Source: Phoronis australis (Eukaryota > Animalia > Phoronida). Taken from it: a stretch of DNA of 64,000 bases. The stretch is taken from assembly GCA_002633005.1 (NCBI GenBank), contig NMRA01000505.1, positions 205,593-269,592 on the forward strand, written 5' to 3'. A program made the translations under genes and the position numbers. Under the pieces are notes generated by a model. That model was not told the origin of the DNA and did no database searches. It saw nothing but the letters and a program-made list of their open reading frames with translations. Shown piece by piece: positions 11,759 through 25,500 of the stretch; within the stretch, counting starts at the first letter, position 1, and every line of letters starts with the position of its first letter.

Positions 11759-13835
11759 TTAATCCAAATACTGAAATATTTTCAGGTTGCCTGTGTATCG
11801 TTCTAAAACAGCAACCTCGCCTGGATTCGTCACAAACAGCCCAATAGGAGATCTTACGTCATCGCGCGTGATAGGCACGCATTCTTGCTGCAACCGATTT
11901 GACATCAAAACTACTTGGTTTTTGTTATCATCAACAATGAGAATGTTGTCCCACTCATCAGCGCAGTCGCAAAACCACAATCTTCCCCAACACATGGTTG
12001 ACCTAATAAGTTTTTGCAGATTGTGGTCGATTACCAATATGCGTCCAATTTTGTGATCACAGACCACGAGGTGACCCTCACTGTCTGCACACATCCCCCA
12101 GGGGGTGAACGTGATCAATCCAAGAGTAGATTTATCGATTACAGATTTGACTGTGCAATCGTGGTCAGCAATAACAATACGCTCGCCACCGAAATCACTA
12201 ATGAAAAGTTGACTGTTGTGGCAATTTATACAACCACTCACGCTGTACATATTAGGAACTATCTTAACAAGCTCTCCGCGCTCATTAAAACACACAACGC
12301 CATGGATGCCGTCATCGGTAACAAATATCATATCGCTTCCCCAAGCCACGCTGGTGGGCATCTGTAACTTGAAAAGGGTTTGGTCCACCTCAAACACGAA
12401 ACTACCGGTAGCTCTTGCGAACACTTTAACCCTTTTGTTAGCAATGTCAGCGATCACAAACCAATCATCGCTAACACCTAACCCTGAGCAGTTAACAGTA
12501 TCTTCCCCGTGAATTCGTGTGCTAAAATGTCGTACCAAGCAGGCCTTCTCTTTAGAGGTCGGCTGTTCAGACAGGCATGGAGAAACACGTCGTTGTTTTA
12601 GTTCTGTGACGAACTTTATCTTGAAATCTGGAATTGGTGGCTCTTCTGACAGCAATGTTATCACTGGCTTCAACACTTCCATTGGCAATTGTCGAACATC
12701 GAATTCAAAACAGGTCTTGATGTCTCTGAATTGCTGAAGCTTTTCAATGTCCTTCACAGAATCCAAAATTTTTTGCGCGTAGCCCATAGAATCCGTGATT
12801 AACGCTCTTCGGGCCTCTGCGTCATCGTATGCCATGTTTGCTTGTTCACGGACTTTCGATACTTCCTCTTGCAACCTACAGAAATGCCGACTTTTCTTCA
12901 AAGAAATTTCCCTCATGAAAACCTCAAATGTTTTCTCTAATTTCTGTATCGCATTGGCTTCTTGCTCGTCAAGTTCGGATAAAACCTGTTTACGCTCGAC
13001 TGACAAGTCTTCCGAATGTTTCTTTACCAGTTCCCAGCGGTCCAACAACTGTCGCATGGCATCGTTAACTTCAGTTACGGCCTCTTCCATGTTCAACTTC
13101 TTATGGCCTTTGTGTTCGAATACTGCGCACAAAAGGCACATGGGTGTCAGGCATTGCAGGCAAAACAATTGCACAACTGCGTCTGCGTGAACTGAACAGT
13201 AAACCTTCACAGAACGGCCAGTGTCGTCAAGATTTGTACCATTTTGGAAGTCTTCTAAACTGATCACCTGGTGATTGAAAGTTACTTTCGTCTTGCAGTG
13301 AGCTTGAGCACAGCTTTCGCAAAGAGGGTCGGTGCAAGTGACACAGATAGACTCCGCAATGCCCACAGTCTCCTGGAGTTTACAAAATGCACATACCAAT
13401 TCCGAGTCGTGATTGGAGCATGACTTGCTGGTGTGGGCGACAAGCACGTTTGATTCGAATCCTGTCACACCGCCGTCTGGAACAGAAGATTCTGTGTTAC
13501 ATACCGGACACAGCAAAGTCGCGTTTTCGCCATTTTCTTCTATTTTCTGCTTGAGACATTCTTCACAGAACGCGTGAATACATGGTAGAATTTTTGGACC
13601 TTCGACAGTTTCCCGACATATCAGGCATGTGATCCACATCACCGGCGCCACTGAAGTATCACTCTTTGGAACCTCCTGCAATAAAGGCAAATGTTCTTTT
13701 TAAACCAGGCCGCGGTAGTAATATCTAAATAGACACTTCAACTCTTCATACCCCTAATTTTGACATAAAGCGACCATGCCGTAAACATCCATCAGGCACA
13801 TTTGTTACCTCGTTTTCGTGCCACTGGAGTTTCAT
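11759..13835 (-). CDS. Tripartite motif (TRIM) E3 ubiquitin ligase, RING-Bbox1-Bbox2-coiled coil-NHL, about 647 aa; exons 13835-13809 and 13675-11759
   Basis: C3HC4 RING (CLICRE..LPCIHAFCEEC..CPVC), B-box1 (CAFC..CVTC..CESC..H..H), B-box2 (CSVH..FCLQC..CLLC..HKGH), a helical region and NHL-like repeats (VIADIANKRVKVF, PWGMCADSEGHLVVCD). The TTG start in the ORF track lies inside an acceptor (TTGCCTTTATTGCAG). An upstream exon MKLQWHENE followed by GTAAC splices in frame across a 133-nt intron. Confidence 0.93.
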
Positions 13836-14034
13836 ATGCTATTTGTTGTTGTCCGATTCGTTACAAATTTTTCTTGGTTGCATTACTCTATTCGCCCTTC
13901 CAATGCCAATGAAGTATTACTGCTGTGCCATGGGCCGCAACTCCGGCGTGAGAAAGTTTGATAAATTGGAAAAACACCCGCGGATGCGTGACCCTGAAAT
14001 TCTTCACCTTCCCGATATCAATGGCAGCAACGCT

Positions 14035-14245
14035 GTCTGTCTGTCTGTTTATGCGTGACGGTGTGCGTGTGCGTGTGTATGATTGTGTGTGTGTGTGTGT
14101 GAGAGATTGTGTGCGTGGAAGGGACCAGAGGAAGACAGGGAGAGGGAAAGGCAGCGGGAGACAGCGTGAGGGATAGTCAGAGGGGGAGAGGGTGTGTGGG
14201 AGGGGAAGGGAAGGGAGAGGGAGGGGAGAGTGAGAGAGATATCTA
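14035..14245. repeat. (GT)n and GA-rich simple repeats upstream of the TRIM gene
   Basis: Direct simple repeats visible in the sequence. Confidence 0.85.
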
Positions 14246-15551
14246 TTATATGACATGCATCGTTTGCAAAAACACCCTCTCCCTCGCTCTGCTACAGACC
14301 TTAGTTGCGCCCGTTTCGGCACCGTCTTGGTCCCAGGTATTGCATCGGCCCCCTATTTGGATTTGAGGTGTTCTATTTTTTTTTTCTTGGGCCGTTTTTG
14401 TGCGGACGCGGAGGGAGCGTGGTCAGTTTCGTACTGGCCTTGGTGACGTCAGTCGGTCGGCTCAACGGCCTGGGTGACGTCACTCCGTCGGCTTGATTTC
14501 ACTCCCTCCGGCTTCTGTCGCGTACATAATTCATAGGGCCTGTCGCCGCCAAAATTATGATGCCTCATTAAAATTTTTTTAGTCCTTGAGTAAACTGAGT
14601 TATTTCCCCGGGTGTTGGAAAATTGGCGTTCTTTAGTTATTCTGATGCTAAAATTGCGATGCGCTTTGGGGCGCCATTGCGTCACCTATTGGCCAATTTC
14701 CATGAGCTTCAACCAACTGTGAGGTTGCGTACAAGTCGTAAAAATCGGAAGTGGTTTCATTTTGTTACAACTTTTTACTATTTTAATACCAGAAAACTCA
14801 ATTTCAGAACAAACTCTCCAGAGACATCGCAAATTTTTAGGAAATGGCGAGTACGTGCGCATGTCACGAGTACGGTATGCACTGTTTTCAAAAGGACGGT
14901 CGGACAGATTTTCCTTTGTTACAAAAGGGGGAGAATTACGAAAAATAACGTTTATTAGATTTTTTTACTTCTATCAACGGATGTAACAGGCAAGGTGAAT
15001 GTCGGTTCATTCCCAGATTCTGCATGCACCCCTGCAGGTTGTAAGCTTTAAGTTTCACGACGACGAGCTGAGCACCTGGGTTGTGTGAAATTTCGGTGTG
15101 CGACGGAGCAATCTACACACGGCTACCGAGCTGTATGTTGACGATAGTCTTCATACAGCTAGCTGGCTTTCTTCCTCAGTATGTACATTTATGATTCAAC
15201 TTTTGTAAATACATCTATAAGCTTTGTGGGCTATACGATATTTTAAATGCATTCTTAGTCTTCACTTCAGAAGAGTAATATCTGATAACCGTACTTTGTG
15301 TTACGGCAGGGTCAAATGTTCTCAGTGGAAAGAAAGTTGTACTGTATAGGGAAAGAATCCCGCAGCCGCACACCTTGCTTACTGAAGTATGACAGTGACA
15401 GAAATTCTGCTTGAAGCTTTGAACACGGTCTCTTCAAGAAGTATTCCCGTCTCTTGCGATGAACACTCGGTTCACTCTTATGTGAGCTATTTCCCTCCCT
15501 CGGCGTTTCCCACTAGCTGCTACTCGTGCCAAAGCACGGGTAGCGGCTAGT

Positions 15552-15553
15552 GT

Positions 15554-15634
<81 letters not shown>

Positions 15635-15727
15635 GTAACCTAGTTTTTATATGTGTGTATGCATGTATGTTTGTATGTATGCTAGCATGTATGCATGCAA
15701 GTGTGTGTTTGCGTGTGCATGTGTGTG
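15552..15727. repeat. (TA)n and (TATG)n microsatellite
   Basis: Direct simple repeats visible in the sequence. Confidence 0.9.
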
Positions 15728-16389
15728 GAAGGGACAAGAGGGAGGCAGGGAGGGATAGAAAGTGAACCTACTTGAAACTGAACACTGTTCCCGTTTCATT
15801 TTAAATGCCTAATTAATAACAGCCTCAGCTTGGTTTCCAGTCGAATCGTTTTTATAAATTTGTCTACACTTAATTGTGCCGCATAATATGTTTAGGGAAG
15901 ATATTTGCATCTTAGATTGCTCTAAAAGGGACATTGAAAGCAAAAGTGAAACTCAGATTCAGTAAGGCTGAACACAAAAACGACGTAGCCTCTCATGACG
16001 AACATTATAATCAGTGGGTTACAGGCGGTATCGAAACTTGACGCAGAGCGTTGGAATGATTTTAACCCCAGTTATTTCACTAACCCAAACCTCTCTTCGG
16101 TTGAAAGGGTACTCCAGCGAATCTACACTTTTTTCAAATTCAAAGAACACGATAACAATCAATTAAGATACAAGTTCATCGTCCGTTCTGAAGTCGAAGA
16201 CGTCACCAGTCTCTCGTGGGACTTAGACGTTGAGCTTGCCGCAGCGTAACACGAAATTTCTCGACTTATATTCAAAAACAGACCCCGTCGTACAGCAGCA
16301 ATCCTATTCCAAAACTTTGAACGCGAATGTGAAACCGTGGCAAGCATAATTCAAACGAACCACATATGTAGGACTAACTAAACTCAATT

Positions 16390-17970
16390 TTTATTCATAT
16401 TTTCATTTTGCTCTAGCATTATAATTACACGTCACATAAAACAATACAATATACATCATTTACAAAGAATAACATTAAATCACTAGTCAACAAGTACCGT
16501 ATTTTCTTCAGGATGTAATTTAATAAAGTTTACGAACATTTGGAAATTGAGATTTTTTTTAACAAACTTTTAGCTAAATATGTAATTTTTTGCTAGCATG
16601 ATCGACAGATTAATGATACAATTTTCCGACTGAATGTTTCCCAAAAAACCAAAAAGCACTGTTATTTTGTCCACATGAAAATTTACATGATATGTTTGTT
16701 TTAACCACTCAGCAAACAGGAGCCAGAAACCGGAGACAAGACGACATTCCAAAAACAGATTGAGAAAAGTTTCACTGTGTTCACCACAGAAAGAGCATAA
16801 CTCACTTGTTTTTATTTTAATTTTATGCAAATAATTATTGGTTGACAATATTCTGTGATTTATTACGCAAAATTTTGTAAATATAACTTCTTAAGACCCC
16901 TGTACGCTGCAAAGGTTGCACTTCTTAATGCATAGAATTCTATTATTATAAAAAGAATTATAATAAAGTTATAACTCTTCCAGAGTTCTTCGTGTGACAT
17001 AAAAGAACCTTCGGCATTAAGCAAATCACACACACACACACACACACACACACGGTAGACTCCCCTTTCACACCAGGACTTTAATCTTTGAATTATACCA
17101 CAGGGGAGAGTAAATATTTTCATTTTTGTCACACATTTGAAACAGGAGCACAATATCGCTTAAAACTTCCTTCCAGAACAGATTGTCGGTTCCTTCAGCT
17201 ATTTTTTTAAGGAAAGCGTCTCCCATTTTAAAATAAAGTAATCAACTTTACAAACCAAAACTGCCTCTGCAAGGTCACGTATGGTATTTGAGGTAAATAG
17301 TTTACGAAGCCACGATATTTTCAAAGACTTAATAAAAAAACTAACATGAACCATTTTTAAACGACCATGATCCTGATTTTGTACAATTTCATTTCGGCTA
17401 ACTCTGTCATTCTTCCCATTCTAAATGAAGCCAAAAGCCTCGCTCTAATTCTTGGAAGGGCTAGGGAGGGATTGAAGCAAATGAACAATCTTGGGCAATA
17501 AAAATGTCTTAACCACGGTTATTTTACCTAAAACAGTAAGAATTCTTCTTGACCAAGAGCCCACCATTTTTTTATTTTCGAAAAGCCTGCCACATAGTTA
17601 ATACATGCCACTGTATTATAATCAGCAGAGATGTTAATGCCCAAAAAAATGAAAGGTTTGTTAGTCCATAACAGGTTTTCATTGACACAAAGTTTTTCGT
17701 CAGAGTCTTTTGAAGCCATCCTAACACTTGTTTTCTCGATATTTGGCTTCAAACCAGAAAACTTGGTCAATTAAATTCAAATATGATCTAAGAGATAAAT
17801 CAGAACCGTCCAAAATTGTGTTGTCGGCGTACTGGATCAGTTTAAACTCAGAAACACTTATCCTGACCCCAGTGATGCCACCTTCCCGTCTAATTAAATT
17901 ACCCAATATTTCTACACACAATACAAAAGGTAAAGAGAAATGAGGTCTCCTTGACGACAGTCTCTCTCAT
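16390..17970 (-). mobile_element. 5'-truncated L1/Tx1-clade non-LTR retrotransposon, degraded ORF2 (RT and zf-RVT)
   Basis: Fragments CVEILG..., LIQYADNT, FSGLKPNIEK and the C-terminal CSFCGEHSETFLNLFLEC zinc knuckle, with multiple frameshifts. Confidence 0.85.
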
Positions 17971-18139
17971 TTCAAAAACTCAAAGAAAAATCCATAAAAA
18001 TTCTACTGTAAAGCCATCTGGGCCAGGACTTTTGTTGTTTTTTAAATCTTTCAGAGTTGCATGGATTTCCTCCAAAGTGATAGTTTTCAAGTTCGACTCC
18101 GTTAGACTGGTTTAGTCTAACCAAACCCAGTGTTACTTT

Positions 18140-18497
18140 TCGTGACATTCTGTTACTTGTAACATTAAGGCGTTTTCCCGTTGATTCTAACTTGTTCGAT
18201 TCTATAGCCCAACAACAAGTTGGGACGATGACCCCTGTAGCCAATATCTTACACGACTGATTAACTCCATTCTGGCATTGATGGTTGGAGGGCCAGCTCT
18301 CTTTTGTTCGATAATTGCTCTAAGCTGCAATAAGATCGTATCTAGCTTGACTAGGATGTGCTGTTAAAAATAAAAGTTAAGTTATAACATATTTGAACAC
18401 AAACCAATAGCATTTCTGAATTTCTCGTCAAATGCTGGTGATGTTTAGTTTTTAAATCGCCAAAATCGTCCAACTACAACCGAAGTTACAACAATCT
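18140..18497 (+). repeat. Dispersed repeat, copy A (matches 63399-63728)
   Basis: Near-identical blocks such as GATTCTATAGCCCAACAACAAGTTGGGA, GAGGGCCAGCTCTCTTTTGTTCGATAATTGC and CAACTACAACCGAAGTTAC occur in both places. Confidence 0.9.
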
Positions 18498-20146
18498 AGA
18501 TATTCTTTCTCTGGGTTTGACTGTGTTCACATGTGGTCTGTAATATGACTGGTAGATAATTGGTCTGCCTGTTGTCATACCAGACAAAAGACTGTGCTTG
18601 GCAGTTAACAAAAGAACTAGATGTTATCGCTCGCTTACAATCCTCTACATGTTCGTCTGAACGGGAGAACGCCGTAATGAAAAATAATTATAGCAACTGA
18701 CATTTTTTTATCAGAACCTATCCACCGATATTGTTAAATTCCATTAGCCCAGAAACTACAGATGTTTATCATGACTGAGTTGTCGCCATGGCAAGATACA
18801 ACCCTGAAAATTTGAGAGAGGCTGGCCTGTCATAACCACGCTAGAACACCAAAAAGCAAAACTCCGTGGTTCTCGTCTGCACTCTGGCTCATTTTGAAAC
18901 CTGTATTCTCATTACTTAAAAAGCCCCTCTCCAGATTAATACCAGTGAAGGTCACGGACTTTTTTCAAAACCCATAAAAACGCAAGCGAGGCTTTTCAAA
19001 CACCTTAGCTACATGTAGTTGCTAGGTGAACTAAATGTACCTCATGATTGGCCGGCAGTGACACGTTGCTTAGCACCCTCCCGTCCACCTAGACACCATT
19101 AGAGTGTCATGGCATATTGGAACTGTTTTCAGAAACCAGCATCAACGTTTGCTCATTTTGGATGATCGATTTGTTGGGAAATTAAACAACTAAAAATACT
19201 GGAACCACCGCACAAACTTTTCAACAAAAAACCCCCACCACAACCATGTTTGTTTCACATAACAGCAGTTGTACAGTACTACACAGGAATGCTCTATATC
19301 TGTCACAACATTTTTATATTTAGGCGCGATCGTGTCTCTTGTTTGAATCGATGACCTATAAAGAACAATTGTATGGCATATATTTACTCTGTCTTATGTT
19401 TAGAGAAGTACTCATTTCATAGCGAAACAGCCGCATTCACAACACTATCACATTTCTTCGAAAGATGTGTATGTCTTTGCTGCCTGCCGTGATTGGGTCA
19501 CGTTGGCTTTGTCTCGTAGTACATCCACGTGTAACAATAATGTTTTGAGACAAATGTTCACGGTGAAACGCTGCTACAGTTCTCACAGGTGTTTTGTGCT
19601 TTTCAGTCATTCTTTCATAGAAACCATAAACGTTGTATTTTTGCGAAAAATTCCTAACAGAGTTTTAAAGAACAGTATATAAAACATTTTATCAATCAGT
19701 TTCATCATTCATTTATCAGATGTGATGTTTCGGAGTCACTTTGAATCTACGGTCTTACAAAACCTTAAAATTCTTGGAAAAAGTGAATTCAGTCCGGCGG
19801 CCTGCTTATTGTGTTTTTCAGTCGAGTGTATCGTTTCCTCTGAGAATACCTACCTTGATGATCTCGGACATATTTAGGCTAAGAAACCCTTTCCAATCGG
19901 CATAATGGATTAGTTGCGGCTCGTGTCCACACGCATGTACTACTAATGATAGACAAAGAGTAAAGCCAGTGACTGAAATAGCTATCCGTACAAGGGTCGG
20001 CACACCCTACATTTTTATGGAATGCAGGTCATAGCCTCGTTTCAAAAAGGGGTTTCCCCAGCAGGGCACGGATAACTCGGATCAACATGCCAAATAAGCT
20101 GAGTACTATTAGGGAGCCAAAGAAGTCCAATAAGTCGGCGCTTCTG

Positions 20147-20391
20147 TACGGTGGCCCGAAAGTATCATAACCATTTCAGTTAAAATATTCTTCCTTTTTT
20201 CACCAAGGTGGAAATAACTTACACCTAGGTAAAAATTATTTCAACCTAGGTATAAACACTATCCACCCGGATGGAAATAATTTAGATGGAAATTATTTTC
20301 ACCCGGATGGAAATTATTTTCTCCTAATTTGAAATTATTTCCACCTAGGTGAAAAAGGAAAAATAAAAAATGATATCTTCGGGCCTCATTA
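20147..20391. mobile_element. MITE with internal ~21-bp repeats and 6-bp target duplication
   Basis: Imperfect TIR TACGGTGGCCCGAA versus reverse complement TAATGAGGCCCGAA, CTTCTG on both flanks, and internal GGAAATTATTT.CACC repeats. Confidence 0.7.
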
Positions 20392-22077
20392 CTTCTGTGA
20401 AAATGTTTTTATTCAGACCACATACTGTTCAACGATATACCAATTGTGGTCGCCAAGGCAACTCATATACATAAACAAGGAACTGGCTTTTTAACAACAT
20501 AAAAGCTGCCCACAGCTTATGGATGATCTGAATGAGTTCAACAATTATGACTGGTATGTGAAAACTAGAAACATTATTTTGAATATCCAGAAATCAAGCT
20601 GCCATTTGCAACTAATTGGTTCATCAACAACGTTCATTTTTTTGTGGATAGAAGCATGTGATCCTTTTTGGACTAGATTTGGCGCGAATCCTGCATTCTT
20701 TTCAAGATATGTTTTATTCCGTTATAAAATGAAGGGCCATCATTTGCTCGCATAGTTACAATTACGAACGACGTCTACTGCTATAGAATTTCCTGTCGTA
20801 ATCTTGTTTTGTTTCATTCCATGTGAAGTTTAACTGCACTTGTAATATCAGTCATTTTTTCATATCTCTATTTGTGGAGATAGCCTATAGCGCAATTTCA
20901 GAATTGCTAACTTGAGAAAAATATATTAAATGATTTGGCATGAAAAGGCATTTACCATCTTAACAAAAATTCAGATCACCTTGTGCTATTTCCAAACCCT
21001 GGCCATTTCGATTATTCTCAAGCACACATCATTGACTTGTACTTTGTGTTAAACATACTATTTCCTTTACTTTCACCGACTAAGAACACAGAATGAGTTT
21101 TGCCAGTCAAAAGATATCGCTAAAATTAACACTTTTCCTAAATTACATCCATGTATGTACCACTGCTATTTTACTATTAATTTTTATTACCTTGGTGTAC
21201 GTATTTGATTGTAGTGCTGTCTTTAGGATTAATTCCACTTTCAGCTAAAGACATTGTTACATATTCCTCTAAACTGCATAAAATACCAGGCTCACAAACT
21301 CCCAACGTACTAAATTGAAATGGATAATTATGTAAAAACAGCATGCCCAACGTATACGTATAGTTCTGTGGATTTAACTTTTTTGTGGTTTGTTCCACCT
21401 AGTACACTTACATTGTAGGACTTTCGAACTCGTTAGGCTATCTAATTTTAATTTTTCTTAGAAAATATTAACTCAACCCGTGCGTTTCATTCTTAAAACG
21501 TTTGAATCACGTCCGGCTTTGCTTTCTTATGTATATAAAAATTTCCTAACTAAAATGAAAAATATTGGGTCAGGTTTGACGACATTTATACCCGGAGCGC
21601 CCTTAAAAAGGTAACATTTTCGTTTGAAAAACATTGGGAAATATGTTCGAAGGCAAATTAGTCTTTAAATTTCTGCGAACCAGCTTTGTAGCCGATTTTA
21701 TCGTGACTTTTTCGCGGTACTTGGTTTTAATAAATGGAGGTGGGTAATTGTTGAGTTACTTAAAGTTGCTGAACCCGAGTTTTTTTGGAGAACAAGAAAA
21801 CATGACCAAAGTCATTATACTTCATTCCTTCCTCTAACGATAATCGCTGAAATATATAATCAGCTTTCAGAAAAGCCGTGGTCGAAGAATGCCTATTTTT
21901 ATTCAACACCAACCTAAAACGGTAAAATCAAGGACGCAGCAACTCTAAATCAAAATTTTGATACTCGTGTTTTGAGCACATTGCCTCTCTCCCAAAACAG
22001 TTGTTGAAATGCAAACTATCTATAGTACAATTACCCAAGGTTATGATGCAAGGCATCATGCATGTGCTTGACATGAG

Positions 22078-22239
22078 CAGTGTCGGATTTAAAGGGAGGG
22101 GGGGACAAGGGGGCCATGCCCCCCTAAAATTCTCCCAGATTCCATTTGGCAGTGCAGGGGTGCGACTGCCTGACGGGCAAAATCCAGTCTAATACTTTGC
22201 CCTGGCCCAACCTAACACAAAATTCTGGATCCGCCCCTG
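22078..22239 (-). mobile_element. Short MITE, CAGGGCGGATCC family (copy 3, inverted)
   Basis: Reverse complement of the 4889 and 9809 element, with flanks ATGAG/GTGAG. Confidence 0.75.
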
Positions 22240-22542
22240 GTGAGGTTCTAAGTTCAAGTCCCAGTGACTTGCACATTTCAACAGAATGTTTGGTTTCAAC
22301 CTAATGGATCTGTTTTGAATACTAAACAGATACTAGTCAAAAATATGCCACTGAAGGGTGTTAAATGGTAGTGCTACCTTCTTCGTATGTTTGTCAAAAT
22401 GAGTCTCCGAACGGACATTCCGTTGCTTGTGTGAACTCCCGTGTAAGAGCGCTGCTAAAATATGTGGCATACTTAATTTATCTCCTCCGTGAGCCTTTGT
22501 TTTATCCAGTAAACAAGACTGGGAACTGCGAATGGCGATCCT

Positions 22543-25500
22543 GCAGATCAATATATCAACTTGTCAACCAAGCAGAAGACAGATATGTCAACTTGTCACC
22601 CCCACACCATAGAGATATGTCAACTTGACACCCAGGCATCAGACATATATTAACTTGCCACCTAGGGACCAATCAGTTATCATAACTTGTCACCCAAGCA
22701 CCAGACAGATGTATCAACCAGTCACCAAAGCACCAATCAGATATCACAATATGTCACACAAACACCAGACCGATATATCAACTTGACACCCAGTAACCAA
22801 TCAGTTATCATAAGTTGTCACCCAGGCACCAGACAGATATATCAACTTGTCAGACAGGCACCAGAAAGATATACGAAATTGTCACTCCGGCACAAGGCAG
22901 ATAGATCAACTTGTCACCCAGGCACCAGTCAGATATATGAACTTGTCAATCAGGTACCATTCATATATATATATATATACATGTTTGTATGCAGATATGG
23001 GGTTATTATTTGAAACCTTGCAGTGGGGTAAAATTTTGAGACCTCGTTCCGGGGCATATATATAATATATAGCCCGCAACTATATATGCCCCATTGGGTA
23101 TATGCCCGGGAACAATATATATCCCGCAGTTATATATACCTCGCTAGGTATATACCCCAGTACAATATATAGCCCACAAGTATATATGTCCCATTGGGTG
23201 TATACAATATATACCCCGCATCTTTATATGTCCCATTAGATATATGCCCCAGTATTTTTATAACCCGGTTTTCCACCTAATATACAAGCCCCGCAACTAG
23301 GTATATGTCACATTCGGTTAATGTTTTATGTGCCAAAAATACAGTCCTCCAAAGACCACTGGAATAACGTGTATGGGTCCACAAAAGATTTTACCACTTT
23401 CAAACTTAAAAATAAATGATCCTTTCATCTGTTTATAATTCTGAAACCACATCCTTTTTGGCCAAAGTACGATTANATACGCCAACTTGTCACGATGGCA
23501 CCATACAGATATACATGTATCAACTTAACACTCAGGCAATAGACAGATATATCAACTTGTCACGCAGGCACCAGATCGATAGATGAACTTGTCACCCAAG
23601 CACCAATCACATATCATAACTTGTCACCCAAGCACAAGACCGATATGTCAATTTGTCTCCCAAGCACCAGTAGGATATATCAACTTGACACTCGGGCACC
23701 AATCAGGTATCAAAAATTGTCACCCAGCATAAATCAACTTGTCACCCAGAAACCACTCAAATATATCAACTTGTCAGCTAGGCACCAGAAAGATATACGA
23801 ACTTGTCACTCCGACACCAGGCAGATAGATCAACCTGTGACCCAGGCAACAGACAGATACAGTTGTGTGTCAACCACTCACCCAGGTACCAGTTAGATAT
23901 GTAAATTGTTACTCGAGCAACAGACAGATATGTCCACTTGTCGCCCAGGCACAGGACAAATACGTCAATTCTTCACCCAGGTACCAGTAAGGTATGGCAG
24001 CTTGTCATCCAGCCACGAGTCAGATATTTCAATCTGTTGCTTACGCAACTGATAGTGATACCCACTTGTCACCTAGGCACGGGACAGATAGGTCAAATCG
24101 TAACCTAGGGACCACTAAGGTATGTTAGCTTGTCACTCAGGCACCAGTGGGATTTATCAAGTTGTCAACCAGGCTCCAAGTACATAGATCAACATGTCAC
24201 CCAGGCATCAGACAGATATATCAACTTCTCACCCAGGCAACAGACAGATATAACAACTTGCCATCAAGGCACCATGCAGATATGTCAACTTGTCATCAAG
24301 GCACCAGACAGGTAGATCAACTTGTCACCCAGGCCCCAGACAGATATATCAACTTGGCACTCAGGCACCAGTCAGATATATCAACTCGTCACAGAGGCAC
24401 CATTCAGATAAATCAACTTGTCACCCAGATATGTCAACTTTTCACTAAGGCTCCGGACAGATCCGCCAACCTGTCACCAAGGCACCAGACAGATACTGTC
24501 GTATGTCAATTTGTCGCACAGGCACCAATTATATATGTCAACTTGTTACTCAGTTACCCATCTTGTCAATCAGGCACCAGACGTATATATCAACTTGTCG
24601 CCAAGTCACCAGACAGATATGCCAACTCGTTACTCAGGCACCAGATCGATAGATCAACTTGTCAGCCAGCTACCGGTCATATACGACGACTTGTCACCCA
24701 AAGACCAGACAGATATGTAAACTTGTCACTCAGCCACCAGATCGATAGATCAACTTGTTACCCAGGCGCCAGTAAGATATGACAACATGTCACCCAGGCA
24801 CCACACAGGTAATTTAACTTGTCATTCAGGTAATAAACAGACATATCAACTTGTCACTCAGCCACTAGATAGATAGATCAACTTCTCACCTAGCCACCAG
24901 TCAGATATGCTAACTTGTCACCCAGGCACCAGAAAGATATATCAACGTGCCACTCAGCCACCAGACAGATATACCAATTTATCACTCAGTTACAAGATCG
25001 ATAGATCAACTCTTCACCCAGGCACCAGTCAGATATGACATGTCACAGAGCCACCACACAGATATGCCAAGTTGTCACCCAAGCACCGGTCAGAAATGAC
25101 AACTTGTCACTCAGGTACCATTCATACATTTCAACTTGTCATCCAGGCACCAGTCAGATATGTTAACGTATCACTCAGGTACCAATAATATATGTCAATT
25201 TGCCACCCAGCCACCAATAAGATATGTCAATTTGCCACCCAGCCACCAATAAGATATGTCAATTTGCCACCCAGCCACCACTCAGATATATCAACTTGTC
25301 ACTCAGGCACCAGATTGATAGATCAACTTGTCAGCCAGCCACCTATCAGATACGACAACTTGCCACCCAGGCACCAGACACATATAACAACTTGTCACCT
25401 AGGCACCAGTAAGTTATGTCACCTTGTTCTTCAGACACCAGTCTTATATGTCAACTTGTTACTCAGTTACCATTCAGATTTATCAACTTGTCACCCAGGC

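Noticed and set aside
11787-13190. Plus-strand ORFs overlapping the TRIM gene
   Set aside because: Antisense shadows of a real coding exon.
13930-14620. NF-kB-like and CRE motifs as an immune-inducible TRIM promoter
   Set aside because: The kB-like match is loose, and short motifs alone cannot support a regulatory claim.
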